From: an uncultured candidate division Zixibacteria bacterium
Lineage (GTDB): Bacteria > Zixibacteria > MSB-5A5 > GN15 > FEB-12
Direction: 5' to 3'
Assembly (NCBI GenBank): GCA_963664195.1
Contig: OY760907.1
Location: 2,048,001 to 2,112,000 of the forward strand
DNA: 64,000 nt
The notes beneath the pieces are model-generated. The model saw nothing but the letters and a program-made list of their open reading frames with translations, was not told the origin of the DNA and made no database searches. The translations under genes and the position numbers were made by a program. Every line of letters begins with the position of its first letter. The first letter of the stretch is position 1. Of this stretch, positions 48,217-57,819 are shown one piece after another.

Positions 48217-49217
48217 TACAGTCTCTTTCTAATAGCGTGCAGGTTGTTTTTGGATACTTCCGGCGGAACCACGCAGCCCGGCCCGATAACGAGCCGCGAA
48301 CGCTCGAACCGGTCTTTGAGTTCATCAATCTTCCTGGCGATCTCGTCAGGATTGGCGTGCAACAGCCAGCCGTTGTGGTCGACCCCGCCCACCAGTGCCG
48401 GTTTGTCTATCGTCTCCATAGCCTTGTCCATCGGCAGATTGGTCGGATCACCGTCGTCCCAGTTCCACAGGTCCGCCTCAAGTTCCGGTACCGCTGTCAG
48501 TTCCTTGAGATGGTTGTTGCTTCCGCAGACATGGAAAAGATTAATGGCATCGGACTCGGCAGCCTGCAGGATTTCCAGATCATAAGGGAGCACAAACCGT
48601 TTATACTCGTCCCAGGTCAGCCAGTCGGCGGAGCCCCATTGGAGCGTGGCGTAGAAAAGGCCGTCGGCCCCGGCATTGCGAAGCTCCGATGCGAACGGCA
48701 CGAATGTATCGGTAATGGCTCTAATTGCCGACTCGACTATTTCCGGCTCAGTCCGCAGATGTTCCACAAACGCCTTTTTGTCTTCGATCATGCGGCCTGC
48801 TATTCCCAGCGGAGTGAACAGGGTCATCAGCAGAGGAAGCTCACGGTCTGAGCGGTGCTTGATTTTCGCTACTGCTTTAAGATGTTCAGCCAGAGCCGGG
48901 GCAGCGAGGTCTTTCGGTTTTATTTTGGTCCAGTCATCGATTGTTTTCACCGGGAAGGCAAGTTTCTCGTGCTTTCTGAATTCGTCGTGGGACCAGGAGG
49001 ACTTGAGGCCCCAATCCTCAATATGAAAGTCTGCACGGGGATTGATCTTCATGAAGTCCCAGTCGAACTCCTTTTGCCACGCGAGCATGGATTCGACCAG
49101 GCCGTCGCAATGGTGTTCCATGTGGAAGAAGTGTCGCCAGAATGACGCGGCAAAGCGATCCGGCGTTTCACCGGCAATGATCATCTGCAATCGTTCGCGA
49201 TGGGAGAATTTATCCAT
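48216..49217 (-). CDS. Uroporphyrinogen decarboxylase (URO-D) superfamily protein, not canonical HemE
   Basis: SFWRHF, GADGLFYA, FHVCG, GPGCVVP; lacks the HemE RQAGR motif. Confidence 0.75.
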   Translation of the reverse strand: MDKFSHRERLQMIIAGETPDRFAASFWRHFFHMEHHCDGLVESMLAWQKEFDWDFMKINPRADFHIEDWGLKSSWSHDEFRKHEKLAFPVKTIDDWTKIKPKDLAAPALAEHLKAVAKIKHRSDRELPLLMTLFTPLGIAGRMIEDKKAFVEHLRTEPEIVESAIRAITDTFVPFASELRNAGADGLFYATLQWGSADWLTWDEYKRFVLPYDLEILQAAESDAINLFHVCGSNNHLKELTAVPELEADLWNWDDGDPTNLPMDKAMETIDKPALVGGVDHNGWLLHANPDEIARKIDELKDRFERSRLVIGPGCVVPPEVSKNNLHAIRKRL

Positions 49218-49440
49218 ACCCTGACCTGTTGTGCTCCGACATCTCCGGTAACCGGCTTCAGCCTGTAACTCCCGATAGGTGCCAGAAGTTTACGCCAAAT
49301 ATACGCGGGTTGCAGGCGGCGGTCAATCGTCTGTTAAAAGAATGAGCAGAACGTTGTCAACCCGTTCAGCCTGCGATTGTTATGCCGAAAAAGCTCTGTA
49401 TACGGGTGAAACAGCGACAACCGGGTTATCGGGAGAATCT

Positions 49441-50844
49441 ATGCCTGCTCGAATTCTTGTGATTGATGACGAAGACTCGATGTGCAGCTTCATGGAAATC
49501 ATGCTGCTCAAGGAGGGGTATGAAGTCGCTTCCACTACTTCGCCCCGGGAAGGTGTCGACCGTCTCAGAAACGAGAACTACGACCTGGTGATAGCGGACT
49601 TGAGTATGCCGGAGATGACCGGTATTGACGTGCTCAAAGAAGTCAAGTCGTTTAAGAATGAGCAGGAGTTCATCGTGATGACCGCCTTCGCTTCGGTCGA
49701 CACGGCCATTGAGGCGATGAAACAGGGCGCGGCAGACTACGTGACAAAGCCGTTCAAGGTCGATGAGATCAAGATAGTTATCGAGAAGTCATTGAACCGT
49801 CGCAAGTTAATCGGCGAAAACACGACTCTCAAAAAACAACTCCAGGAAGATTTTTCAGTCAAGAATTTCATTGGCAACTGCGAGTCAGTGGTGAAGATGA
49901 AGAAGCTCGTCAAGCGGGTGGCCGGTTCTGATTCGACCGTGCTGATTCGTGGAGAGTCAGGCGTCGGCAAAGACCTGATCGCCCGGGCGATTCACAGTCT
50001 GTCGCCTCGTTGCAGTGGGCCGTTTGTCACCATAAACTGCGCGGCGCTGCCGGAATCGCTGCTTGAGTCCGAGCTGTTCGGCCACAAGAAAGGCTCGTTT
50101 ACCGGTGCCGTGAGAGACAAAGAGGGTCTATTCAAGGTAGCGAGCGGCGGGACGTTCTTCCTTGATGAGGTTGGCAATACTTCGCTGTCCATTCAGGTCA
50201 AGCTGCTTCGGGTACTCGAAGACAAGAAAATCACGCCGGTCGGGGAGACCACGCCTATAGATGTTGATGTTCGCTTGATTGCTGCCACGAACGCTGAGTT
50301 GGAGGAGGATGTCCGGGCGGGACGGTTTCGCAACGATCTATTCTATCGCCTGAACGTGATTCCGGTCACAATTCCACCGCTTCGTGATCGCAAGGAAGAT
50401 TTGCCGCTCCTGGTGGATGCCTTTGTGTCGAAGTTTTGTTCCAGCACCAACGTGCCCGTTAAGGCTGTGTCCGAAAAGGCGATGGAAGTGCTGCTTCGAT
50501 ATGGCTGGCCCGGCAACGTGCGTGAACTCGAGAACATTATAGAGCGGGCGGTACTGCTGAATCGTTCGAGTCAGTTGGAGCCGGTTGATTTTCCCGAGAA
50601 GCTCTCTGAACCGGCATCCGTGCAGGTTGTCTCGGAGGAAACGCCCAAGAACCCGACGCTCGAGTCGATAGAAAAAGCCTATATACATTTTGTCATGAGC
50701 CAGACCGACGGCAAAAAGACCGAGGCGGCAAAAATACTTGGTATTGATACCTCGACATTGTACAGGAAAATCCAGCGATACAACCTGAAAAACGACACGG
50801 CAGAGACCGGGACCAAGGAAAAGGCCACCTCTGGTGCAGTATAG
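49441..50844 (+). CDS. Sigma54-dependent response regulator (PilR/NtrC family)
   Basis: REC domain (VIDDE, DLSMP), GESGVGKD, ELFGHKKGSFTGA, WPGNVREL, Fis HTH; start revised to 49441. Confidence 0.92.
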   Translation: MPARILVIDDEDSMCSFMEIMLLKEGYEVASTTSPREGVDRLRNENYDLVIADLSMPEMTGIDVLKEVKSFKNEQEFIVMTAFASVDTAIEAMKQGAADYVTKPFKVDEIKIVIEKSLNRRKLIGENTTLKKQLQEDFSVKNFIGNCESVVKMKKLVKRVAGSDSTVLIRGESGVGKDLIARAIHSLSPRCSGPFVTINCAALPESLLESELFGHKKGSFTGAVRDKEGLFKVASGGTFFLDEVGNTSLSIQVKLLRVLEDKKITPVGETTPIDVDVRLIAATNAELEEDVRAGRFRNDLFYRLNVIPVTIPPLRDRKEDLPLLVDAFVSKFCSSTNVPVKAVSEKAMEVLLRYGWPGNVRELENIIERAVLLNRSSQLEPVDFPEKLSEPASVQVVSEETPKNPTLESIEKAYIHFVMSQTDGKKTEAAKILGIDTSTLYRKIQRYNLKNDTAETGTKEKATSGAV

Positions 50845-50865
50845 CACTGAATTTGCGCAGGCGAT

Positions 50866-50881
50866 TGGAACGGGAATTGCG
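50866..50881 (+). promoter_or_regulatory. Sigma54 promoter of pilin 1
   Basis: TGGAACGggaaTTGCG. Confidence 0.65.
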
Positions 50882-50929
50882 GTTGTTAGCGCAGAATTGT
50901 TTCGCAAGCTGATACTGGGAAGGTGAATT

Positions 50930-51358
50930 ATGATCCGGAAACGCTCTAATGACCATGGCTTTACCCTCATCGAATTGATGATCGTTGTAGTGATCATAGG
51001 CATTCTCGCCGCGCTGGCCATTCCGAGGTTCTGGCAGTCGACTATTAAGACTCGTCAGTCCGAGGCCAAACTTGTCCTCAAGCAGGTATGTACCAGCCAG
51101 ATGTTGTACCGGGCCGCCTCACCGGCGAACAGCTATTTCATCACTGGTGCGGCCGCCAGCAGCACCAACCGTAACGCCTTCTCAGCGCTGGATATGCAGA
51201 TTGCTGCCAATGCCGAATATAGCTACACTATCACTGGTGACGCAAACAACTATGTCGCCACGGCGACGGCCAATCTCGACGGCGATGCGACCGTCGATAC
51301 CTGGACCATTGGTCCGTCGGGGGTCCTTGCCTGTACTTCAGATGACGCCTCAAGTTGA
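50930..51358 (+). CDS. Type IVa pilin 1
   Basis: Prepilin cleavage site G|FTLIELMIVVVIIGILAALAIP. Confidence 0.92.
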   Translation: MIRKRSNDHGFTLIELMIVVVIIGILAALAIPRFWQSTIKTRQSEAKLVLKQVCTSQMLYRAASPANSYFITGAAASSTNRNAFSALDMQIAANAEYSYTITGDANNYVATATANLDGDATVDTWTIGPSGVLACTSDDASS

Positions 51359-51386
51359 TGCCGCCAAAACGATCTCTGCAAGCTTC

Positions 51387-51414
51387 AAGGCGCCCTGTAT
51401 CGGGGCGCCTTTTT
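51387..51414 (+). terminator. Intrinsic terminator
   Basis: AAGGCGCCC-tgtatcg-GGGCGCCTTTTT. Confidence 0.8.
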
Positions 51415-51654
51415 CATTTTCCCAGGGTTGTCTGAACCTCAAACCGGCAGTACCTGCCGGCGGATCAAGCGGCCGCGTTTCTCCACTCCAATCCATTGCG
51501 TTTTGCAATGCCCTTGGCATTTTGCCTCATGCAAGTCCTGGAAATTTCGGAGATTATTATGGGGTTCTGTCTATACCTTTTGGATGCCTGGTTTAGTTGC
51601 TGTCTGACAACGGGTTGTGGCCGTCGCAGCCTGTTCAAAAAAAGTTGACGGCAA

Positions 51655-51670
51655 AGGCACAGGCTTTGCG
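51655..51670 (+). promoter_or_regulatory. Sigma54 promoter of pilin 2
   Basis: aGGCACAggctTTGCG; palindrome CATTGC-gtttt-GCAATG at ~51494-51510 may be the enhancer. Confidence 0.7.
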
Positions 51671-51734
51671 ATAGCCAAGTGCAGAAGAAAAGACAATAAC
51701 GGAAGAAACCGTAAGTTACCTATTAGGAGGAACC

Positions 51735-52109
51735 ATGTTCCAGAAGTATCACAACCGTCAAAAAGGCTTCACGCTGATCGAGCTCATGATCGTGGTCGTC
51801 ATTATTGGTATTCTGGCCGCCCTGGCCATCCCGCGTTTCATGCAGGCTACCGTGAGAGCCAAAGAATCAGAAGCAAAGACGATCCTGAAGCAGATTTACA
51901 CTCTCGAGCGTACCTATCGTCAGCAGGCTGGCCAGTACACGACCGTATTGGCCGACATCGGCTTCCTGGCCCCGACCCAGTCAAAGTATGTGTATTCGGT
52001 GACGGCTGCGGCCGCGAACACGTTCACTGCCCAGGGTGCCCCGGATGGTAACGACGCTGACCTTATCACCACGTTTACGATTGATCAGGACGGCCAGATT
52101 CTTCCGTAA
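51735..52109 (+). CDS. pilA: Type IVa pilin 2 (probable major pilin)
   Basis: QKG|FTLIELMIVVVIIGILAALAIP; strong AGGAGG RBS; own promoter and terminator. Confidence 0.85.
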   Translation: MFQKYHNRQKGFTLIELMIVVVIIGILAALAIPRFMQATVRAKESEAKTILKQIYTLERTYRQQAGQYTTVLADIGFLAPTQSKYVYSVTAAAANTFTAQGAPDGNDADLITTFTIDQDGQILP

Positions 52110-52141
52110 CCAGCCTGACAGAGTTACCAGATTCTGAACGC

Positions 52142-52174
52142 AAAAGCGTCCGCCTCAGGCGGGCGCTTTTTTTT
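52142..52174 (+). terminator. Intrinsic terminator
   Basis: AAAAGCGTCCGCC-tca-GGCGGGCGCTTTTTTTT. Confidence 0.88.
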
Positions 52175-52265
52175 GTGCTCCCGGCCACCCGACGGTGTCC
52201 GCATACTCTTCCCCCACGAGTCATTTAAGTTGACCGGCTTGCAAGGCATCGCCTATATACTCCCT

Positions 52266-54209
52266 ATGAGAAGTATTTTTGTTTCACTGACTATGCTCAT
52301 TCTGACTGCTCTTTCGATCTCTGCCCAGGATTCCGCGCAACCTCCAGAGCAGTTTGGGCTTGAGCACCTGACCGAGTATCTCGGTCTCAAACCGAACGAT
52401 ATATCGTATCGTTCCGATTACACCGATCCCGATTCTCTTCGTCTCAAGGTCGTCGCAGACCTGATGAATCGGCCGCTCGGCATGATAGAGTACTCTGCCT
52501 CGCTGAAGAACGCTCATGTCAAGGGGCAGCCGGAGATCCTGGCGGGCATTCTATTCTCAGACCTGAGAGGAGAGCACCAGCGGCAACGGGGTACTGCGTA
52601 TGATCCGACAATCGAAGAAATGCAGCGTCACTACAATCTCTTCTATATCGAGGCGACGCTCAACCAGCTCCTCAGCAGGGTGGCGACTTACCTTGATGTC
52701 ATCATTCCCCGGTCCACAGAGAAGAGCCTGGCCCGACTGAGCCGCGACCAGCGTCGATTTCTTACCAACGAGTTCAAGGAAATCGTGGTGATGAGCGAAG
52801 ACGACGAGTTCCTCCCGCTGGATGCAATCGACTCGCTCGAAAAGGTGGAGGAAGAGTATACGGACAGATTCGTCGAATTCGCTTCGCTGATTGACAAGGA
52901 CCCTATCACCGCTGCTGGAATCGACTGCCTTCGGAATCTGCTCCTTGATATCAACGCGCTTCGTTCTGTCCTTTCTTCGGGACAGGTGAAAGCGTCGCGG
53001 ATGCTTGAGGGGACAGGATATCTTCCTGACAACGCCAATCTCGACAGCTATCTCGGGAAGCAATCAGGATGGAAGATCGGTGGCCCCGGCAATGACTATT
53101 ACTCCGGTGACTACAAGTTCATTCTGGATTTTGGTGGTGATGACGTTTACGATTTTGAGTACGACCCCGCCAACCCCCACGGGGTGATCGTTATTGATCT
53201 GGGTGGTAATGATCATTATCGGGCCAAAACGGACTTCGCGCTTGCCTCCGGTTGTTTGTCGGTCGGCCTCCTACTGGATTTTGCCGGCGATGACCGTTAC
53301 GACGCCAAATCGTTTGGGCTCGGTTCCGGATACTTCGGTTTTGGTCTGCTGTACGATGCTTCCGGCGATGATCGTTACGACGGCGACACTCACGTGCAGG
53401 GGGCGGGGACGTTTGGTATTGGTCTGCTGGTTGATGAGGGTGGACGCGACATCTACAACGCTGCGGTGTACTCCCAGGCGTTTGGTTTTGTACAGGGAGC
53501 GGGCGTTATCTACGAAATGGACGGTTCCGACACGTACTACGCCGGTGGCAAATACAAAGATATTCTTCGCTACGAGGACCATTATCTGTCACTCTCCCAG
53601 GGGTTCGGCTACGGCCTCAGGCCCTGGATGTCCGGCGGTATCGGCGGACTGATTGACCTGAAAGGCAACGACAACTACTACGCCGACATTTTTGCGCAGG
53701 CGTGCAGCTACTGGTGGTCGCTCGGCGTGATTTATGACTCTGCCGGGAACGACAACTATCAGTGCTTTCAATACGGGCAGGGTGCCGCCACCCACATGAC
53801 CCTCGGCTGTCTGATCGACGACTATGGCAACGACGTCTATTTCGGCAAGGGGCTCATGCAGGGTTGTGGTCATGACTACTCGTGCGGACTCATACTCGAC
53901 CGCCACGGCAACGACACCTACACCTGCTATGATCTCTCGCAGGGAGCAGGATCGGCTAACGGGGCCGGGGTGCAGATCGACAACGAAGGTGATGACCGGT
54001 ATTTCAGCAAGAATGCTGCAAATACTCAGGGATATGGCAACCCGCGACGGGATTTCGGATCGATAGGATTGTTTATTGATCTGTCCGGGGATGATCAGTA
54101 TGCCGGTAACGGTCGGAACGATTACTACTGGAAGACGGAATCCAAATGGGGCGGCGGTATGGATGTCTCACCTGCCCCGATCGACAGCACGGGAGGCGAC
54201 CATGAATAA
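52266..54209 (+). CDS. Secreted protein with many GxGxLxDxxG(D/N)DxY repeats
   Basis: Signal peptide from MRSIF; roughly a dozen DxxG(D/N)DxY units in the C-terminal half. Confidence 0.8.
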   Translation: MRSIFVSLTMLILTALSISAQDSAQPPEQFGLEHLTEYLGLKPNDISYRSDYTDPDSLRLKVVADLMNRPLGMIEYSASLKNAHVKGQPEILAGILFSDLRGEHQRQRGTAYDPTIEEMQRHYNLFYIEATLNQLLSRVATYLDVIIPRSTEKSLARLSRDQRRFLTNEFKEIVVMSEDDEFLPLDAIDSLEKVEEEYTDRFVEFASLIDKDPITAAGIDCLRNLLLDINALRSVLSSGQVKASRMLEGTGYLPDNANLDSYLGKQSGWKIGGPGNDYYSGDYKFILDFGGDDVYDFEYDPANPHGVIVIDLGGNDHYRAKTDFALASGCLSVGLLLDFAGDDRYDAKSFGLGSGYFGFGLLYDASGDDRYDGDTHVQGAGTFGIGLLVDEGGRDIYNAAVYSQAFGFVQGAGVIYEMDGSDTYYAGGKYKDILRYEDHYLSLSQGFGYGLRPWMSGGIGGLIDLKGNDNYYADIFAQACSYWWSLGVIYDSAGNDNYQCFQYGQGAATHMTLGCLIDDYGNDVYFGKGLMQGCGHDYSCGLILDRHGNDTYTCYDLSQGAGSANGAGVQIDNEGDDRYFSKNAANTQGYGNPRRDFGSIGLFIDLSGDDQYAGNGRNDYYWKTESKWGGGMDVSPAPIDSTGGDHE

Positions 54210-55149
54210 CCCGCGAAAAGTGACGTCCGTGTTTCTTATAGCTGGTATACTGCTGGCGATAGGTGCAGGCTCAGTTTTGGCTGCCAGTCCAGTAGTTGAG
54301 AAGAAAGTTGATTCGCTGTTCATGATAGCGTCGTCCGGTTCGGTCAAGTTCCGTGACCAGGTTGCTCCTGCAATGGATGCGCTGGCCGGGATGGGTGTCG
54401 ACGCAGTTGTGCCGTTGATCGGCAAGCTGGATACGAAGTCTGCCCGGGAACGATTGACCGCTGTTCAGGCGCTTAAGAAGATAGGTTCTCCAGCGGTTCC
54501 GGATCTGCTGGCGGCTTTGCAGCAAAACGATGATTTGATTGTCCAGCGAGTCTGTTCGGCGCTTGGCGAGATCAAGGATACCGCCGCGATAGAGGGGCTG
54601 ATGGCAGTTGCCGATCATGCAAAATGGCAGGTTCGTGAACAGGCAATCGGTGCTCTTGGCAGGATTGGAGATGCACATTCGAGCAATGTGGTGATGAATG
54701 CGATGATCGATACTATCGGACAGGTGCGGAAGGCGGCTGCCGTTTCAGCCGGTCGACTTACAATCAACGAAGCCGCTTCCGGTCTGGTGCATCTTCTGGG
54801 AGATGAGTTTTATGGTGCCCGCATGTCGGCCAGGGAAGCTCTGATGAAACTGGACACTACTGTAGTGATGGGTGCATTGATCGATTCGATTGAGTCAGTC
54901 AACAGTTTCGTCGGCGATCTTGCCTGTGCCATGCTCGGTGATTACGGCACCGACGCTGCCGTTGATTTGCTGCTCAGGCAGACCAAGTCCTCTTCGGCCG
55001 ACCGCCGTGCCCATGCCGCGATGGCTCTGGTGAAGGCGGACCCTCTTGACAACTGTGGATACCAGAAACAGTTCGTGCCTTCTGAAACAGATCGATATGT
55101 ACTACTGAAGATACAATCCGCTTTGCATGACGCGCAAAACCAACCCTGA
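54202..55149 (+). CDS. Exported HEAT-repeat protein
   Basis: Start after GGAGG; signal peptide; repeated VRxxAxxALGxIG units. Confidence 0.85.
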   Translation: MNNPRKVTSVFLIAGILLAIGAGSVLAASPVVEKKVDSLFMIASSGSVKFRDQVAPAMDALAGMGVDAVVPLIGKLDTKSARERLTAVQALKKIGSPAVPDLLAALQQNDDLIVQRVCSALGEIKDTAAIEGLMAVADHAKWQVREQAIGALGRIGDAHSSNVVMNAMIDTIGQVRKAAAVSAGRLTINEAASGLVHLLGDEFYGARMSAREALMKLDTTVVMGALIDSIESVNSFVGDLACAMLGDYGTDAAVDLLLRQTKSSSADRRAHAAMALVKADPLDNCGYQKQFVPSETDRYVLLKIQSALHDAQNQP

Positions 55150-56365
55150 CAAACTGGGCGATCAACTTGATCGCCTCAGGACTCACATCGTTGCGGAGAA
55201 GAAACCGGGCAAAAGTCCGGCCTTGCCCTCGCGCTATGGACGTCTCGCTGAGGCACTGGGCGGGGAGTTGGTGCGGGGATCTGGGGGCGTGTTCTGTCTG
55301 GTGACACGCCTGTACGGATTCGGCCACTCCTACGGCAATGCCAGCCTTGCCCCCGCGAAGCAGTCCGATGCCGCCGCGGCCGCTTCCTTTTCCGCGGGAG
55401 CATGCGAGGGAGAGGTGGCGCTCGGCGATTTAGTATTTTTCGACACTGAAACGACGGGCCTCGGTGGCGCGGGGACGGTTGCGTTTCTGATCGGATGTGG
55501 ATCCCTCACTGAGCAGGGGTTTGAGGTCCGCCAGTATGTCCTTCCAGACTACGCCGACGAGGCCGGAATGCTTGAGTGTCTGCAGGATGAACTGAACGAC
55601 GGTCGAACGATTGTTAGCTACAACGGCCTGGCCTTCGACGCTCCGCTGGTGCGTGACCGGATGATTGTCAACCGGGTAGCCCGCGAGTTGCCCTGTCAGG
55701 GGCACATTGATCTGTTGCATGCCACTCGGCGGTTGTTTCGACGACGTCTTCGCGATTGTTCACTGACCAATATCGAGCGGGAGATATTCGGTTACTACCG
55801 CGAGGGGGACGTTCCGGGCTATCTGATTCCTTCGGTCTATTTCGATTGGCTGGGCACCGAGGACCCTTCTCAAATGGGGACAGTTCTTGAACACAATCGG
55901 CTGGACATCTTGTCGCTGTATTTTCTGTTGCTGCACGTAGCGGATATCTTCTCATCTGAGGGGGAGACTCTTGAGAGCGCCGATGACATGCACTCTCTGG
56001 CCCGTGTATACGGCCGTCGCCGACAGCACGAAAAGGTGGCTGATCTGTATGATCGTATGGAGATGGCGTCGGAGGGTGAGATTGGCCTCGATGCAGTGCT
56101 GTATCACTCGTATTCGTTCAAGAAGACGGGTGATTGGGAGCAGGCGGTGGCGCTCTGGCAGCAATTGTCTGAAGGAATAGGCCGGGAGGCCTTTGAGTCG
56201 AATATCGAGTTGGCCAAGTACTTCGAGCATCGTATCAAGGACGTTGCTGCGGCTCTTTCTTACGCCCGCAAAGCTGCGCAAGCATGCCCCTTTGAAGGTC
56301 CCCGCCTGGCGCAGATCAGGCATCGTTTGGATCGGCTTCAGAAGAAGGCAAAAGACCTGCGGTAA
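55127..56365 (+). CDS. YprB/MrfB-like DEDD exonuclease (RNase_H_2) with C-terminal TPR
   Basis: FFDTETTGL, SYNGLAFD, HIDLLH..RR, HNRLDI, ELAKYFEHR. Confidence 0.85.
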   Translation: MTRKTNPDKLGDQLDRLRTHIVAEKKPGKSPALPSRYGRLAEALGGELVRGSGGVFCLVTRLYGFGHSYGNASLAPAKQSDAAAAASFSAGACEGEVALGDLVFFDTETTGLGGAGTVAFLIGCGSLTEQGFEVRQYVLPDYADEAGMLECLQDELNDGRTIVSYNGLAFDAPLVRDRMIVNRVARELPCQGHIDLLHATRRLFRRRLRDCSLTNIEREIFGYYREGDVPGYLIPSVYFDWLGTEDPSQMGTVLEHNRLDILSLYFLLLHVADIFSSEGETLESADDMHSLARVYGRRRQHEKVADLYDRMEMASEGEIGLDAVLYHSYSFKKTGDWEQAVALWQQLSEGIGREAFESNIELAKYFEHRIKDVAAALSYARKAAQACPFEGPRLAQIRHRLDRLQKKAKDLR

Positions 56366-56429
56366 TACCGTCTCTCAAGGCTCAGGAATACCCGAATCTC
56401 GCCGACATACGGAGTAAGGAGATTTCTCG

Positions 56430-57734
56430 ATGAATACTGAGCTTATTAACAAAGTAATCAACGACGGCGCAAAGCTGTATTCGCTGCCGCAGACGCTTGC
56501 GGAAGTAATGCGCGTGTCACGGGACGAAAACTCATCGGCGGATGACCTCGCGAAAATCCTGACAAAGGATCCGGCACTGGTAACCAAAGTGTTGAGAATC
56601 GTCAACTCACCCTTCTACGGTGTTGGACGGAAGATCGGTTCTATGACACAGGCGGTCGTGACTCTGGGAACGCGTCAGGTCATGGCGCTGGCTCTGTCGA
56701 CTTCCATTTATAGCATGACCGACAAATGGCATTCAGGAATGGATCGGGTAAGATTCTGGCGTCACTCTCTTGAGGTGGCCATAGCGTCGCGGACAATTGC
56801 CGAGAAGATCGGATATCGTAATCTCGAAGAGGTTTTTGTTGCCGGGCTTCTTCATGATATTGGTCTCCTGATTCTCGAGAATTCGTTTCCTGAGCAGTTC
56901 GCGACAGTGTGGAAGAACACGGCTGGCGGGCACTCCTCTGTTGATCTTGAAGAAGAGCAATGGGGAACCAATCATGCTCGCATCGGGCAGTTCCTGCTTG
57001 AACAGTGGAGTCTGCCGGAGACCATCTGCGAGAGTGTCGGTCGTCACCACAACGTGTTTACGCCCGGAGCGGACGATCCCGAGCTCGTACCCGGCCAGAT
57101 TGTGAACCTCGCGAATATCGTCTCGCAGTTCCCGATCGCGAATTATCAGCCGACAGAGGCTCGTCTCGATACTGAGAACCGCAGGATCATCCGCGACAAT
57201 CTCGGGCTTACCCCTGAAAACCTGTTGGTAGTAGAGAAGCATCTTTTCCAGCAAACCGTCAGTGAATCCAAATATCTCGAGATGGACATCGGTTCCACCG
57301 ACGATATCCTGATTGAGGCCAACCGGATGCTCTTTGAGCAGTATGCGGCGGTGGAGTCTCTTCTCGAAGAGAACCGACTTATGCAACGTCAGTCAATGGG
57401 TGAAGAAGTCAAGCGGGGGTTCCTCGAGACTCTCAAGAGTACTACTTCAACTTACGCCGAGTATGTCAGGAGAAGCTCAGCCAGCATGCTCCAGAAGGCG
57501 GACGAAGTGAAACACGGCATCGAATCCGGAGCCATCGTCGATCCGGGAGGTCTGGTGGCTTCAACAATCGAAAGTACGATGGATAACCTTCGCTCGGTAG
57601 AGTTCCTCACCAGCAAGTTGGAGAGTCTGACTCACACCGAGTCCGCGCTTTACTATGATCAGGACTCCGTTACGGCTCTGGACGAAGACATTCGTCACGA
57701 GATGGAGCGTATTGAGGAGCCGATTACGGCGTAG
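56430..57734 (+). CDS. HDOD-domain protein
   Basis: DPALVTKVLRIVNSPFYG, FWRHSL, AGLLHDIG, W.LP...HH. Confidence 0.9.
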   Translation: MNTELINKVINDGAKLYSLPQTLAEVMRVSRDENSSADDLAKILTKDPALVTKVLRIVNSPFYGVGRKIGSMTQAVVTLGTRQVMALALSTSIYSMTDKWHSGMDRVRFWRHSLEVAIASRTIAEKIGYRNLEEVFVAGLLHDIGLLILENSFPEQFATVWKNTAGGHSSVDLEEEQWGTNHARIGQFLLEQWSLPETICESVGRHHNVFTPGADDPELVPGQIVNLANIVSQFPIANYQPTEARLDTENRRIIRDNLGLTPENLLVVEKHLFQQTVSESKYLEMDIGSTDDILIEANRMLFEQYAAVESLLEENRLMQRQSMGEEVKRGFLETLKSTTSTYAEYVRRSSASMLQKADEVKHGIESGAIVDPGGLVASTIESTMDNLRSVEFLTSKLESLTHTESALYYDQDSVTALDEDIRHEMERIEEPITA

Positions 57735-57760
57735 CCGGTTCAGGCACAGCCATAAATGAC

Positions 57761-57800
57761 AAAACCGCCGATCGGCTTGGTCCGGTCGGCGGTTCTGTTT
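57761..57800. terminator. Bidirectional terminator between convergent genes
   Basis: AAAACCGCCGATCGG-cttggt-CCGGTCGGCGGTTCTGTTT. Confidence 0.7.
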
Positions 57801-57819
57801 ATATCTGTTCTGTGCAGCA

